64,000 nucleotides of DNA. Origin: Gordius albopunctatus (lineage: Eukaryota). The stretch spans positions 10,726,001-10,790,000 of the forward strand of contig OZ193909.1 in NCBI GenBank assembly GCA_964276515.1, in the 5' to 3' direction. Position numbers and translations under genes: made by a program. Positions 1 to 13,600 of this stretch are shown here, in pieces. Each line of letters opens with the position of its first letter. Position 1 is the stretch's first letter. The notes under the pieces are model-generated. The model was not told the DNA's origin. It did not search any database and saw only the letters and a program-made list of their open reading frames with translations.

Positions 1-849
1 TGCTTGAAATCATCGTCCTTGTGGCGTAATGTTGAAAAGTTAGAACTGAAATTAAACATACGCGTTCATATGCTTAAAGATCCATCCGTTTAGATATTGG
101 TGATGGAAAAGTTGCTTTGTATGAAAATACTGGATGCATAAAATTACCGTCGGATTTTCGCACAATCGTCGACTCGCAAAATGCTCTCATCGACCACATA
201 TTTCCAGATCTATATACACAATACAAAAATCTTTCCTGGATGTCCGAAAGAGCAATATTTTCAGAAAAGAATGTAGATGTCAATAATTTAAATTTCAAGA
301 AACAACAGTTGTTGCCATGTGACTTGGTGTCATACAAATCTGTCAATACAGTTTGCGATGCTAACGAAACTGTAAATTATCCAATTGAGTTTTTGAATTC
401 ATTGGATTTGTCAGGTATGCCACCGCACCTTTTACAATTGAAGGTTGGATCTCCGGTAATTTTGCTTCGTAATTTAAGCCCACCACGGCTGTGCAATGGC
501 ACACGATTAGTCGTTAAAAAATGCAGGAAGAATCTTCTCGAAGTCACCATTTTGAATGGAAAGTTCCGAGGTGAAAATGTATTGCTGCCACGATCCCTAT
601 GATTCCCACAGATGTGCCGATTGAATTGAAACGTATTCAATTTCCAATTAGATTGGCATTCGCAATGACAATCATTAAGGCGCAAGGCCAAACGATGTCT
701 ATTTATAGCTTAGATTTTGCCACACCATGCTTTTCTCACGGACAGCTATATGTGGCATGTTTCGCGTGGATAAATCATCTAGTTTGTTTGTGTTGACTAA
801 AGACGGACTATCCAAAAATATTATATACTTCATCGCACCTAGAGATTGA
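1..849 (+). pseudogene. Helitron RepHel helicase C-terminal fragment, frameshifted
   Basis: ORFs 117-602 and 599-796 carry YPIEFLNSL..GMPPH, LLRNL..PRLCNGTRL, QFPIRLAFAMTIIKAQGQT and FSHGQLYVA motifs. They are split by frameshifts and a stop. Confidence 0.9.
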
Positions 850-1139
850 TGATGAATCATTTTTTAATCTTCATAATTTGATGTATATATAGTTATCAAA
901 AATGATTTAATAAAGTATAAAGAATGAAATTAATAAATGATTTGTGTATTGTCATTTTATAAACCAACATTGTCACAACGCTCCATTCTTATTTCAATCA
1001 TAACCACATACCCATACACTTATAGTATTTTCTAGATATAAGCTGACCCAAATTCTTTCATATATTTCCTATTGATAGGTACCAATTATTTAGCCAAATA
1101 AGAACTAAGCCAAAGCAACGCTTGGCCGGGCACAGCTAG
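1..1139 (+). mobile_element. Helitron A, 3' portion (continues off the left edge of the window)
   Basis: PIF1-type helicase C-terminus is followed by the canonical Helitron 3' end: hairpin GCCAAAGCAACGCTTGGC (1109-1126), then CTAG (1136-1139), then target T. Confidence 0.93.
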
Positions 1140-1281
1140 TATAATATAAAATTACAATCATGGTTATGTAAAATTATTGAAGTAAGAACAAATAATGTCT
1201 CTAATCTCTCTAGCTTGTTGGGTTTAAGAGTTGTTATCAGGTATTATTCGCTGAGTATTTTTGTTAATCTCATAATCACAT

Positions 1282-2227
1282 TGTTATATCCGAGGGTTTT
1301 TTGTTAAGTTCGGGGATGGGGGAAGGGGTCGCGTGATCCCCCTTGGATTTGGGGCCAGGGATTTGTTACTGCTTTTGTGGAGAGGGGAAATAGTATCTTG
1401 AAGTACTAAGATAATTCTGCTTTAAATCGGGGAACCAACTATACTCAATATTAGACTCGTTTCAGTTTAACTCTTTTTGGATTTGGGGCCAGGGATTTGT
1501 TACTGCTTTTGTGGAGAGGGGAAATAGTATCTTGAAGTACTAAGATAATTCTGCTTTAAATCGGGGAACCAACTATACTCAATATTAGAATCGTTTCAGT
1601 TTAACTCTTTATTAGAATAGGAGTATTGAAAAACTAAGTCAAGAAATGGAAGAAGTAGAATTAGCTCGGGAAGAGTAGGAACAACTTAACCATAAATCGG
1701 GGGAAGGTGAGATAGCTTTTAGGGAGAATTGAAAAGTAAAGTAAAAGGAAGGGAAAGTAAAGTAAAAATTATATTATTTAAAGGGGTTTATTTTCCTATT
1801 TATAGCCCCGGGGATCATTGATCCCCTTAGAGGTTATTGACATATCTTCCTATTTTCTATTGGCCTATGTTATCCCTTTTTATTACCCTTTCCCCCTGCA
1901 CCTACAACCCCTCGTACCTATCCTAAAAAGGAATAGCCATTTAACCAAACTTATCCAAACTTATTTTCCAACCCATTAATCTTAATGGTTAACACAACTA
2001 GAACATTCAAAATGGTTAACTCAATTAAAACATTCCAAACCAATTAATCTTGATGGTTAACACAACTAGAAGATTCCAAACCTTAAATACACCCATTAAT
2101 CTTAATGGTTAACACAACTAGAAAATTCCAAACCTTAGAAATAAGTAGAACTCAAACTAGAAAGGGACTACTCGGGCAGGGGCGGGACAAGATCTTTAGG
2201 GGGTGGTTTTGTCCCGCGGATACGACA
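1282..2227 (-). mobile_element. 3' LTR of an LTR retrotransposon (minus strand) with adjacent polypurine tract
   Basis: Ends TGTTATATCCG...CGGATACGACA form a 9/11 inverted match. On the minus strand a PPT (AAAAAAAGCGAAGG, 2228-2241) directly precedes the LTR, with TATAAATAG near 1800 and AATAAA near 1610. It contains a 134-bp tandem duplication (1345-1609) and ~60-bp repeats (1970-2145). Confidence 0.7.
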
Positions 2228-2434
2228 CCTTCGCTTTTTTTGGACCGGTGCTACACATGCCAAGTGGCGAGTAAATTGAATCATATGAATTGGGTTTATA
2301 AGATGCGTAAAAATGTTGCTATAATATAATGCGTATCGTCCGCTTCTGTCCAGTCTTTTTTCCCTCTGTTTGAGATCCCCGTCGGATCTACATAATTGTA
2401 CGGATTGACTTAGATGCACGTTGTGATTCAGTTA

Positions 2435-4168
2435 TCGACCACTGGGCCGAGCTGGGTCGGGCAACTGTCCTTAATTTTTATTTTCGGACAGGCCCGGGCG
2501 GGTACGATGATAGGATTCGGGCATAATGAAATTTTTTAGATAATGTATTATTTTGTTACTTTTTATTTGATTGTATATGAAAATGCTTAAAGAGTTAAGA
2601 AACTTGATTTCGCCATCCCTCCAAGTTATTTCTATAATTTTTGCCCGGACCACTCTATTTCCATGAAGTCCTTATCCCTAGCTACGTTCATGGAAAGGAT
2701 CGAAATATTTATGTTTATATAGCCCTTTCATTGTTCGTAATTCACATGTGCTGTTATACATAATACAAAAGCATCTGCCCAAATTGACACAAAGCATGCA
2801 AATTTTAAATCGTTACGTGAAAAACATAAAACATGCGTTAAACATGTAACATCGAAATCACGATCACGCGATAATGAAAAAGCAACCCGCGTGTTGTATC
2901 TCTTTTACTCCACCTGTATAATAGAACTTAAGCGTACATTACACATCGTCAGTTATCCTCTAAATATCCTTTTTTCCAGTAGATTAGAACATCAAACTTT
3001 ACAAATAAAACACAACTTATAACTTCAATAACTCAATTGTATTAGTCACTATATCATATTTAAGCTCAATTATTTATTAAATGGCTAAATATGATTTTGA
3101 TGCTGATGTTTAGATATTCTTAAATACATAGAGGAATACATGGTGCCTAGAATATTTGACAAATATCAAAGAGCCTACAAAAGAAAATCTGCCTTTTTCA
3201 TATTAAGAAATGAAAATTTGTTTTATAATAAACTTACATGATTAAAAATAATAATTTCATTTCCACCAAATGATAGGATCTATAAAATTAAACAGTATAT
3301 CCAAACATAAAACATAGAAATTTAAAGATAAAACAGATATTTTTTAAGTGAATTGAAACAGAAAACATACAAATGTAAAGATTAAGTAATATAAACAAAG
3401 TAAATTTAAACAAAAACTGATAAATATTAAGTAAAATTATGTAGAAAACATACAAATTAAGTATACATTTGTAGTTATAATTAGTAAAATTTAATGTAAT
3501 CTAGCCTAAATTCTTTCCGTTTATTTTTTCTATATGAAACTGAATTATATGAATGAACAGAAAAATATTAAGTAAAATTAAATAGAAAACATAAAAATTA
3601 AGTATACATCTGTAGTTATAATTAGTAAAATTTAATATAACTATATAACCTAAATTATTTTTTCTATATGAAACTGAATTATATGGATGAACAGAGAAAT
3701 ATTAAGTAAAATTAAATAGAAAACATAAAAATTAAGTATACATTTGCAGTTCTAATTAGTAAAATTTAATGTAACTATATAGCCTAAAATTTTCTATATG
3801 GAACTGAATTATATGGATGTCATATGACGCCTGTCGAAATTGCAAAGTCTATCTGCCAATTGAACTTGATTGACATGTATAAGCGCATTTCCATCTTAGT
3901 GTGCAAACACAACCTTACACCTGGATAATAAAATATTGCTTTATTCGTTTTATTGAATATGCTTTTTTAATAGTGGTTGAAAGAACTTGAGATCGCAAAA
4001 TTTCGGGCCTAACAGGCAAATTTAATATTTTGGGCAGGGCACTTCGGGGAGCTCTAATGTTTCGGGCGGACACCTAAAAGTGTTCGGGCGGGCTCGGGCG
4101 GAGAATGAGGTTAAAAAATTGAACCGGGCCTGGTTCAGACATAAAATTCCAAACAAATCTGACCTTTG
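2435..4168 (+). mobile_element. Non-autonomous hAT-family element (GCCCG-rich subterminal family)
   Basis: The left part is the reverse complement of 22890-23050. The right end AATCTGACCTTTG matches the TIR at 14190-14202. Subterminal CGGGC repeats are present. No clean TSD. Confidence 0.6.
3422..3820. repeat. AT-rich tandem repeat, 3 copies of ~135-140 bp
   Basis: The unit AAATATTAAGTAAAATTA...TATATGAAACTGAATTATATG recurs near 3422, 3563 and 3697. Confidence 0.85.
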
Positions 4169-5350
4169 CTGTGTATGTTTGCATACGCATAGCATAGTGA
4201 TAGTAGGGAATAGAGATCATTGAGAGGTGGGTGAACAGTACGTTTACGTTGCAATGTATTAGTGATTGAGTAGGAGGAAACAATATACAGGGGGGGGGGC
4301 TTAGGACTTGACAAGATTGTATCAAACACGGTCTCCCTGCCATATCCAAATTGTATTGCAAAAATATTCATATATTTATAAGGTAATAAATTTTTTTTCT
4401 ATTTTTATATTCTATAGATTATTATCTAGGTGATACAGTGCGTCCTTTTATATTGCTTTACAATTATCATTTGTATAAAATAAAATTTATCTTTGTAATT
4501 ATTTTTGAAAATAATAATGATATATTATTTTAAACCATATGTGTATGTTTTCATAAGGTATAAGTAAAAAAATTAAATTAAAAGTTTTTATGGATGAAAA
4601 ACCATTTTTCGGGACTATTAGTAGCCTTGACAAAATTTTGTATTTTGCACATAAAATTTTTTGGCTCTATATTTTGGACTAATTTAAGTTTTATCTTACA
4701 AAGGGATATTTTTTATATAAAAACCGCCTAATGATTAATTTTTTATTCTCAATATAACATGTTCAATTATTAATTGTTTATAAAAATAGCCGGCCATTTT
4801 TCATTGGGCCTTACAAATAACAAGATTTAAAAAACAAAAATCTTGTTTATAATTCAACTTAGTGTAATTAGGAATAGAAATAGACTATGATTATACTTAA
4901 AAAACCACTAAAAGTTTTTTTACATAACAGAATATGTCTTTTAGGTGTACTTAAGTCAGATTGTCATCTTGACCCTTTTTTTATTTTTATTATATAAAAT
5001 ACAATCATATTACATTTAAATTTTCTATGTTTTATATAATGTAACAATATTTTTATTGATTTAAGTTAGTATACACTATTAAGAAGTTAAAACGTCAGGG
5101 TTAATCTATCCCCCGAACAGAGCTATAACTAACCCCGGGCTCTTTTGAAATTTTTCGGATTTTTGATTTTTTTGAACTCAATTTATAAAAAAAACTATAC
5201 GCTCTTTTTTCTTAATTTTCTTTCCTATAATAGAAATAGACTATAAACATGTATTCCAATAAAAAAATTATAAAAATCTTCATCAGTTTTTTTAAAGTGG
5301 TTTAATTTTTTATGGCTATTTAGGCCCCGGTCTCCCCTATATAGATAATA

Positions 5351-5405
5351 TTAATTGCTATGCAATTTATGGGCTCGCTTTTCGTTGTCCGTCCGTTATC
5401 CAACT
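5351..5405 (+). mobile_element. Isolated 5' end of the HINE family
   Basis: TTAATTGCTATGCAATTTATGGGCTCG...TTGTCCGTCCG is near-identical to the element start at 5764. Confidence 0.7.
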
Positions 5406-5762
5406 TGTAATTTTTGCATAATTTCCGTCATAAATTTTAATGGCTGTGGACTTATGCGTCTGTAAAGGACATTTATTTCACTTTTGCAAATAAACTAGCT
5501 TATGACCGCTGGTTGGCTTTAATTTTTTTGACCTCGCTTGAGCCCAATATCCATTATTGTTGTTGTTCCCGACTGATTAGCTTTATACATAAATTTATTT
5601 GAGCAACTTGTCTAGGTTGTTGCTATATATCGGATAATTGCGAAGGTGGCTAAATGATGATTCCCAGCAAATTATGATGACCGTTGCTTACTTCTACTTT
5701 ATCTGAGCCCGGTCACAGACCAAAATTCTGGTTAATAGATATTTATATTTGCTGTTTTTGGT

Positions 5763-6652
5763 TTTAATTGCTATGCAATTTATGGGCTCGTTTTTGGTTG
5801 TCCGTCGTCCGTCCGTCCGTCGTCCATCCACCAAGTTATTGGCGCCAGCTTTTTTTTAAATTAAATTAATATATTGTTTTAACACCATTGATAATATGAC
5901 TTTTTGACCGTCCGCAGGCTACTGACCATTGAAAAAAATTACCATTGGCCAAATAAATCGAAATTTTTTGTTAGTTTTTGAATAGGTTAACATTGATAAT
6001 TACCCTATACTTTTTAATAATTGCTATGCAATTTATCTAGTTTTTGGGTTAGAATCCCGGAGTTTTTTTTGACTCTTATGATTGTTCTTGTTACTATCAT
6101 TTTGCTATTATGACTTTTTGGCCGTCCGCTGGCTGCTGACCAATGGAATAAAATGACCATTGGCCAAAATGTTATTCGAAAATTTTTTTTTTCGTTTTTT
6201 TTTGACTGTTATGAATTTATATCCACTTTTACCGTGTCCTGGCTGCTGACCAATGGAAAAAAATGACCTTTGGCCAAAATGTGAATCGAAATTATTTTTT
6301 CCGTTTTTTTTGACTATTATGATTGTTCCTGTTCCTACCATTGCTATTATGACTTTTTGGCCGTCCGCTGGCTGCTGACCAATGGAATAAAATAACCATA
6401 AGGCTGGCTCTACTAATGTGAGTTCGAATCCCGGAGAAGGCAATTTTTTTTAATTAAATCGAAAATTTGTATTAATAATTAACTAATTATTTTACATTTA
6501 ATACCCCCCCCCCCGCCTATAGGCATTCTCACCCCTTCCCACCTTTCTCGCCCATAAATTGCATAGCAAATATGATACATTTATACGGAGTGTAGATGAG
6601 TTCCCCCTTCCCTCCCCTCCTCCCCTTCCCACGAGGGCCGAAGCCCCGAGTT
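5763..6652 (+). mobile_element. DINE-1-like Helentron-associated non-autonomous element (HINE)
   Basis: Perfect 20-bp subterminal inverted repeats (5768-5787 and 6550-6569), a GTCC microsatellite (5800-5828), central ~110-130-bp tandem units, a 3' stem-loop GGGCCGAAGCCCC (6635-6647), T-rich flanks and no TSD. This is the architecture of Drosophila DINE-1/HINEs. Confidence 0.8.
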
Positions 6653-7681
6653 TAATTTTTAATCGATATGAAGTCCCATATAATTTATGACTTTAAAGTA
6701 CCAGTTAGGGAATAAAAAGGCGAATCGAACCAAATTTTACTTGTTAAAAAAATTAAATGGTGAAAATGACATGACGCCTTTGTTTTAAGTCTAGACGGCA
6801 CACATGTGTATTGCGAACAATATGCTACATAAATATAGATATTTCAATCCTTTCCATAAACATAGCTAAGAAATGGAGTCGGGCAAAAATTTAATTTGGG
6901 GGTGGCAGCATTCGCGATATACAATCGAATAAAAAAGTAACAAGATAATATACTAATATGATTTTAATCTAATTATGCCCAAATTTTATCAGCGTTCCCA
7001 CCCGGGCCCGCCCGAAAATTAAGACAGTTGCCCGGCCCGGTCTCTGAATAAAATTTCTTATAAATTTACATTTAGAAAAAGTGGGTCTGGGCTCGTGGGC
7101 CTAAGTAAAAAAAATTCGGACTCGGGCAAAATAAAAAGTTTTGGGCTCGGGCCGAAGAAATTCCATTTTAGGGCGCTTATTGTATTTTATGATATTTGTA
7201 TCAAAAAACAAAAAGATAATCGTGATTAATAATTTTGATTTCATGACAATCATCTTCAAAAATTATACTTAAGTTGCAGGTAGAAACATTATCAAGTATA
7301 ATTCTTTCTTGACGGAAGTTCCCGGTAGAAAGGAGATAGATGGAACAGAATATAATAGGAAAAAGTTTAAATAAATTACGTGATTTTAAGTATAAATATA
7401 GTGTTTTTTTAATATGTTTCAATTTCAGTGTTTTAATCTAACTTGATTATCACATCACAGCTTAATGTTTTTATAACGATTGCACAGTACATAGATGCTA
7501 CTTCACAAAAAAACAGACGGGGCCCAAAGGTATAGCCTGTGGCGATGTCCGAAGGATCTAGTTTAATCTAAACAACAATTTATTTACCCAATGATATATA
7601 TTACTGTGCACGATGGAATAAATAACAATTTAATACAACGTGAATGGCGATAACAATTCGAGAATTTTCTATATATCATAT

Positions 7682-10600
7682 TCAGAGGATTCCAAAAATA
7701 ATTTCGTAATCATCGATTAGGGCAGAAACAAAATAATTTATAAGATCGAGGGAATGCATTGAATTTTGGTTATGTTTCCACAGCAAATTTGGGCCGAACA
7801 CTATGCCGAGGTTAGTGCTATTCATTTTGTTGGCATCGGAATGTATTGCAACCTTGTCAATGTAAAATATAATTAAGGAATGTGACTTTACTTTATTTAA
7901 AAATTTTATGATGTGAGACAGTAATAAACGATTTTCTTTGGGTAATGAATTGATGACCCGCTGACAAAACACGAGATTAATCTGGGATTTATCTAAAAAA
8001 TGTTGAAGATTTAGGTAAAATTAGACTTAGTACCCGTGGTGGTAATTAAATCATAGACTTTGAATGTCAATAAGGGAGTTGGCATCTCTTTTAAAAAACA
8101 TTTTAATGCCACGGCTAAAAGGTGAACATCTTCCACACCTCCCGTCTCCAATCGCTCTCCTTTATATATAAAACAAGCTCAAGCAAATGAATTTTACAAA
8201 AATAAGATTGAGCCAAATAGGAAATATACTATTCTGGTTCTAAAAATAGAAGAAATAAGGCACATTTATATAAATAAATAATGTAACAAAATTTAGCTAG
8301 ATTAAAAAAATTTAAACTTTATATTAGAGTTAATAAAGTCGCTAGTAAGTTAAAAACTAAGCTATTTCTGATTCGGGTTAAAATGTTTAATTTCTTATGC
8401 GGTCATTTATTTGCATTATCACTTAAATATATGCTATACACATATTAAAAAATATAATCTAATTCTAAAGTAAAAAATGAACATATAACAAAGCCATAAA
8501 ATGGCTTTAAAACATCAAAGTAATTTACCATTGTTTAACTTATGCTTTAGAATTTCGAATTTTTTGCAACTACTTGATCGCCTAAAAATTCCTTCGGTCT
8601 TTATATCTAGTTTTAAATTTGTCAATAACACGAATGTTTAATTTACTTTTTTCTAGGGAAAGTATGGTGGTAATTTGTTCAATTTGTAAGGGCACGGGCC
8701 CATTGTTTTTTTCGATAAGACTAATTAATAATTAGAAAAATGGTATGTTTAAATACCATGTACAAAAGAATAAACCTAAAAAATTTATAAAATTGCTTGA
8801 CGATAAGTGGTAGCGCTTAAGTTTTTAATCTGGATTTTCAAAAAATTAGTTAATAATAATAACTCCGATAAAAAATCTTCTTACAATACAGGAGTCATAT
8901 TTCTTCAGAATTATACAAAGGTTGAATTGAAATTCATAGAAATGCCTAATTTGATAGCAGCCGTATTTTATAAAATTTGTCAATATCCTCGGGCGCAGCC
9001 AAGATTTTGGTCAGAGGGGGACATCATAAAAATAAGTAATGGATAAGGGAAAGGCACAATTTAAGTCACCAGAATATTTTTACCGATTTGTAATAAAATT
9101 GTTTCTTTATACTCCCATGTTATTATTCTACTTAGCCCTAGCCAATCTCCTAATCCACATCAATCCAACGCAAATTGGAATTTTATCTTTATACCATTTT
9201 TATACCTTGATCGTTATAATTATAAAGGACGATGCCATGAAAGTTTTCACAAAAATTATTTTTAAACACATCTACCATTAAAAATAAATTATATTCTTCC
9301 GGTCATTTTCACATGCAAATGGTTTTAAAAAAGTAGGTAAAGGGATAAAATAGGGAGAGAAGTATTGAAAATCATGTTGGGTCAGACACAACTGCTTAAG
9401 GTTACCCAAAACGGTCGTCAAACATTAACCTGAGATGATGTGATAATGGCGATGAAAATTTGAGTCTATATATATTAATAAAAACGGAGTCATAAAAAGA
9501 CTTGATTGCCTTAAAAAGTGTAGCCAAAAATCGAAGATAAATTAAAATTTCTCGTAAAACTCTATTTATAATAAGGCTTATGAAACATATGTATAGCGTT
9601 TATAATCCTACAAAACATGCAAATACCAAATTTTTATGCTAGGTTATCGACACTGCAGTTTTAACTTATAAGTTTTAGTACATTATATGAGTCATGGTAG
9701 ACGCTTTTGGTAGGAAAAGAATATTATATATACTAAATTGCGTGTTTCACACCTATAATATCACAATTTTACAGATGGGCGATGGCTGTTCGATTTGACT
9801 AATATAACAAAACAGATGAAACCCAAATAAACTTTTGAGTCGACCCCTCCCATCAGAGTAGCCAGCAGGGGTAATAGATACCCATTCTGTCATCATAATG
9901 CTTTAAATTCTTATCGATTCAACAAAATTTTGGCTAATTCAATGTTCTCTATGTCCACATCCCAATAATCGACTTTATGTGATAATTATCGAAATAAGGG
10001 CAGAAAAAAGCGTACTTTTTCAATTCGACGCCAAATAATTGTGAAGGCGATATCGAGGGTTTTTCTTTTAATTGTCCGTTATACAATTTTTTCGGGACGG
10101 TTTTAATGGAGGCGTCATATCTATAATTAATGGAGCATGAAATATATAAAGTTGACGTATTAATACTTACTAATAATAATATATTTTTATTTAAACAAAT
10201 GGTGAAACCTTTTAACGGCATCGGGAATGTAGATTTGGTGAGTTTTAAGGGCATCGTGCAAATCGTATAGACTGTTCATGTATACTATTTTATGACCAAA
10301 TTTTGTGCTAAAATTTGTGAAAACAACTAATGAATAAATTATTACCTAAGGGCAGGTTTAAAAATTTGGTAGAGCACCTTGATAAAATTACTGGGATGAA
10401 CGATATAAAGTTGCTTCAAATTTTTCTTGAATCTTAAATCACAAAATTTATTGAAATTAAAAATGAAATACACATTACTTCCTATCAAACATTTTGTAAG
10501 CTTGCCACAACCAAGGAATCGAGGGCTTGTTTTGGCTATTTAAGCCATAGTGAAAATACACTATGGTGTAGTCGTTTTCAACAAATTTACCCAAAGTTTG

Positions 10601-13600
10601 TATGATAAACCTGCATAAAAATTAAGAAGAAATTAACAAGATTTTAATATTACTCTAAAAATTTGTTATAATCCATCGTTTCTTTGGGAGGAAGGTTACA
10701 TGCGGAGATAGTAATAATTTTTCGTCCGACTAAATCATCACCTATACATAGTCAAAAAATTATAAATTCCATTCTTTTAATAAATATAGGGTTTTCAACC
10801 GCATCCTATCCCGATATGATTAAACTTAATATTTATTCAAACAATTTTAAAACAAAATTATATAAGAACTATACATTTTTACGGTTAAAAAATAAATCGG
10901 TAAAATATACCATAATAAAAATTCATAAATACTCATATTTAATCAATGAAGCTTCCCAATTTTTATTTTTTGGTACAAAGCTATAGGGATGTTAACTGAA
11001 TTGGCTTTATAAATCTGCATATATAAGTTTCTTATAAGGGGATAATTTTTCTATAAATACCATTTAATAATGAAATATTGTCTAGAATCTAATATGTTGA
11101 AATCTATTTTTATAAAAATGAGGGTCAGAAATAGACTATGAGTATATATTAATAAACTATTAAAAGAGTGTTTTTCGTTGCAGAGTATGTCTTTTATGAG
11201 TAAATATTTTTGTGTAATCTTGGCCCACTTTTTATTTGTAATATGTAAAATATAACCATATTATAAAGGAGTTAATAATAACCCCATACATGAGTGCTGC
11301 AAATAACTTAAAATTTACTTAGCGCCATTTAGAGGCAATTTTAATTAAAGACTAATTTGGCTATGTATGTATGTTCCTATCTTTATCGTGTGACTCGAAA
11401 ATGATAAGAGTGACATATAACGTTTTTGCTATTATAAGAGCTCAACAGCATGCCACATTTAATTTTCTGGTCGAATTCTAAGCGATATATTATATATAAG
11501 GCCAAAGTAGATTCAATGTAATATTAAACTTCCACTGCATAAGAATGGGTTGAATCTAATTTTGCTCACCTAGTATGGGACTAGAACATTAACTATGGCA
11601 TATGAGCTCCAATAAGAGCGAAAACGTCGTTATGTCTACTCTTGCGATTTTCGAGTAGACTCCTGCAAACTCACTTTTTTCAATTCAACTCGACCCGGCC
11701 CTACCCGTAAGCGTTCAAATTTTTTCAACCAAATCCTTCTCGAACGCGTTTAAATTTGGCTTTCCACACCGATGTAAGGAAAATTGCGGTAGCTTAATCG
11801 ACAAATTAAAGTGCAATTATGTATGAAACGAATTACTAAATATCACCGATTTCGACCACAAAATTAATTTTTTTCAAACGCAATTTAATTTTTATGGGAA
11901 TTCTAGCCCCGGTCTCCCCCATATGTATTTGTGTAGTATTTATGGACGAAGGACATTAGTGAGTATATTAGATGTAAACAAAGCATATATTGTACAAAAT
12001 GTATAATAGATTAAAAATAAACCAGTTTATTTATGACAAACTATTCCTTCCCATATAACCAGGTTAAATATCTAGATTAAAATAGTATTTTACGGTGCTA
12101 TTTAGGGTTGCAAGCATAAAACACGATACAGCTTATAGCACAAAAAAATTTAATGCCTTAATTTATATTTCAAATTTTAATCATTCACAAATCATTAGTA
12201 GAGATATTTTATTATGTCGAAACTTTAATTACTTAACTAACCGAAGAATATGATAGCAAATTAAATGCGTTAAAATTTTTGGCAAATGAAACTATGACCT
12301 AGACTCTTCTTATTTATCACGTATTTGGTTCCATAGTCAAGGTATGTTTCGTTAACCCCCCCCCCACCAGAGACCAGAAATGCCCGGCCCGGCCCACGGG
12401 CCGGGCGGTTAGCTTTGAGGAAGAGGTTCAATTATTAAAAATACTTCAGGCCGGGCTAGGGTTGCAATTTGAAAATATGAGGTGTCGTGATCCGTAACCA
12501 GCCAACAAGCAAGAAAGACATGTACTAGCAATATATACTATAATTACATTTGTTTGTAACGAGTTGCACTCGATATGATTATACTGCAGCAGTTATTGTA
12601 TTCATTTTTTTTGGTCTTTTGTTATTATTTTGATAGCGATAAAGAAAGTTCTGCTCCACGCCTATTGTACACTCGTTAAGAAACTCGTTGAAAGCCTGCG
12701 TAAACGAAAGTGATTTTGAGATGTAAATTGTGCTGTGTGTGACTTCTCATATTTAAACCTATCATAGATCAAACTTTTATGCTAGGACTCAGAGACCAGA
12801 AATGCCCGGCCCGCCCGGCCAACTGCCTTAAATTTTAATTTTCGGGCGGCCACGGGGGGGGGGCACGCTGATAAGATTCGGGCAATTCGGGCATGCCCAA
12901 AATTTTATCAAATTAATTTTCCTTGAAAAAAGAAAAATTCTCTTATAAACAATTTTGGGCCATAATAAATTTGACTAGATTTTTTTTCATCGCTTAAATC
13001 TTCATTGTACGTTTATATAATGTCCTAATTTCAATTTCTTAAAAATTAAATTTTATTTCGAATAAATTAAATTTTTAATTTTCAGATTATATTATAAAAG
13101 AATAAAATCACAACTATTTAAACTGTCATGGGCGTAGACAAAGAGGGGGGGGCAGGAAGGGGAAGCTGCCCCCCCCTCTAAACTCAAAAATTTGTTAAAA
13201 TGTATTAAAATTTTCAAAATATGATCATTTTTCCCCTCGCTAAATCATTATTACCCCCCCCCTCTAATTTTAATGCTCGCTACGCCCCTGTAAACTGCTA
13301 CTCTAATCTAATACTATGGAAGAAACCATTTTACTCTCTGGTAGTAAATTATTTTACTACATTTTTATCGCATTCAGTTAAATCTTTGCCCTACTCCATT
13401 ATGGAAAGGATTGGATTATTTATATTTATGTAGTAGCCAAAGCCATTTCATTGTTCGCAATACACTACACATGTGTGCCGTCTAGACTTAAAACAAAGGC
13501 TCATGCCATTTTCTAACAATGCGCATAATTCTAATTCATTTAATTTCTTAACAACTAAACAAACAAGATAGAAAAATAAAGCAAACAAGTCACATTAAAG

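Noticed and set aside
2305..2410. NPYNYVDPTG on the minus strand, resembling the Rhs-core PxxxxDPxG motif
   Set aside because: It is a 37-codon frame bounded by stops with no Rhs/YD repeats, so it is a chance match.
4560..5342. Repeat family ending CCCCGGTCTCCCC, shared with ~11000-11922
   Set aside because: It is probably a DNA-transposon end, but no partner TIR or TSD was found, so it could not be bounded or classified.
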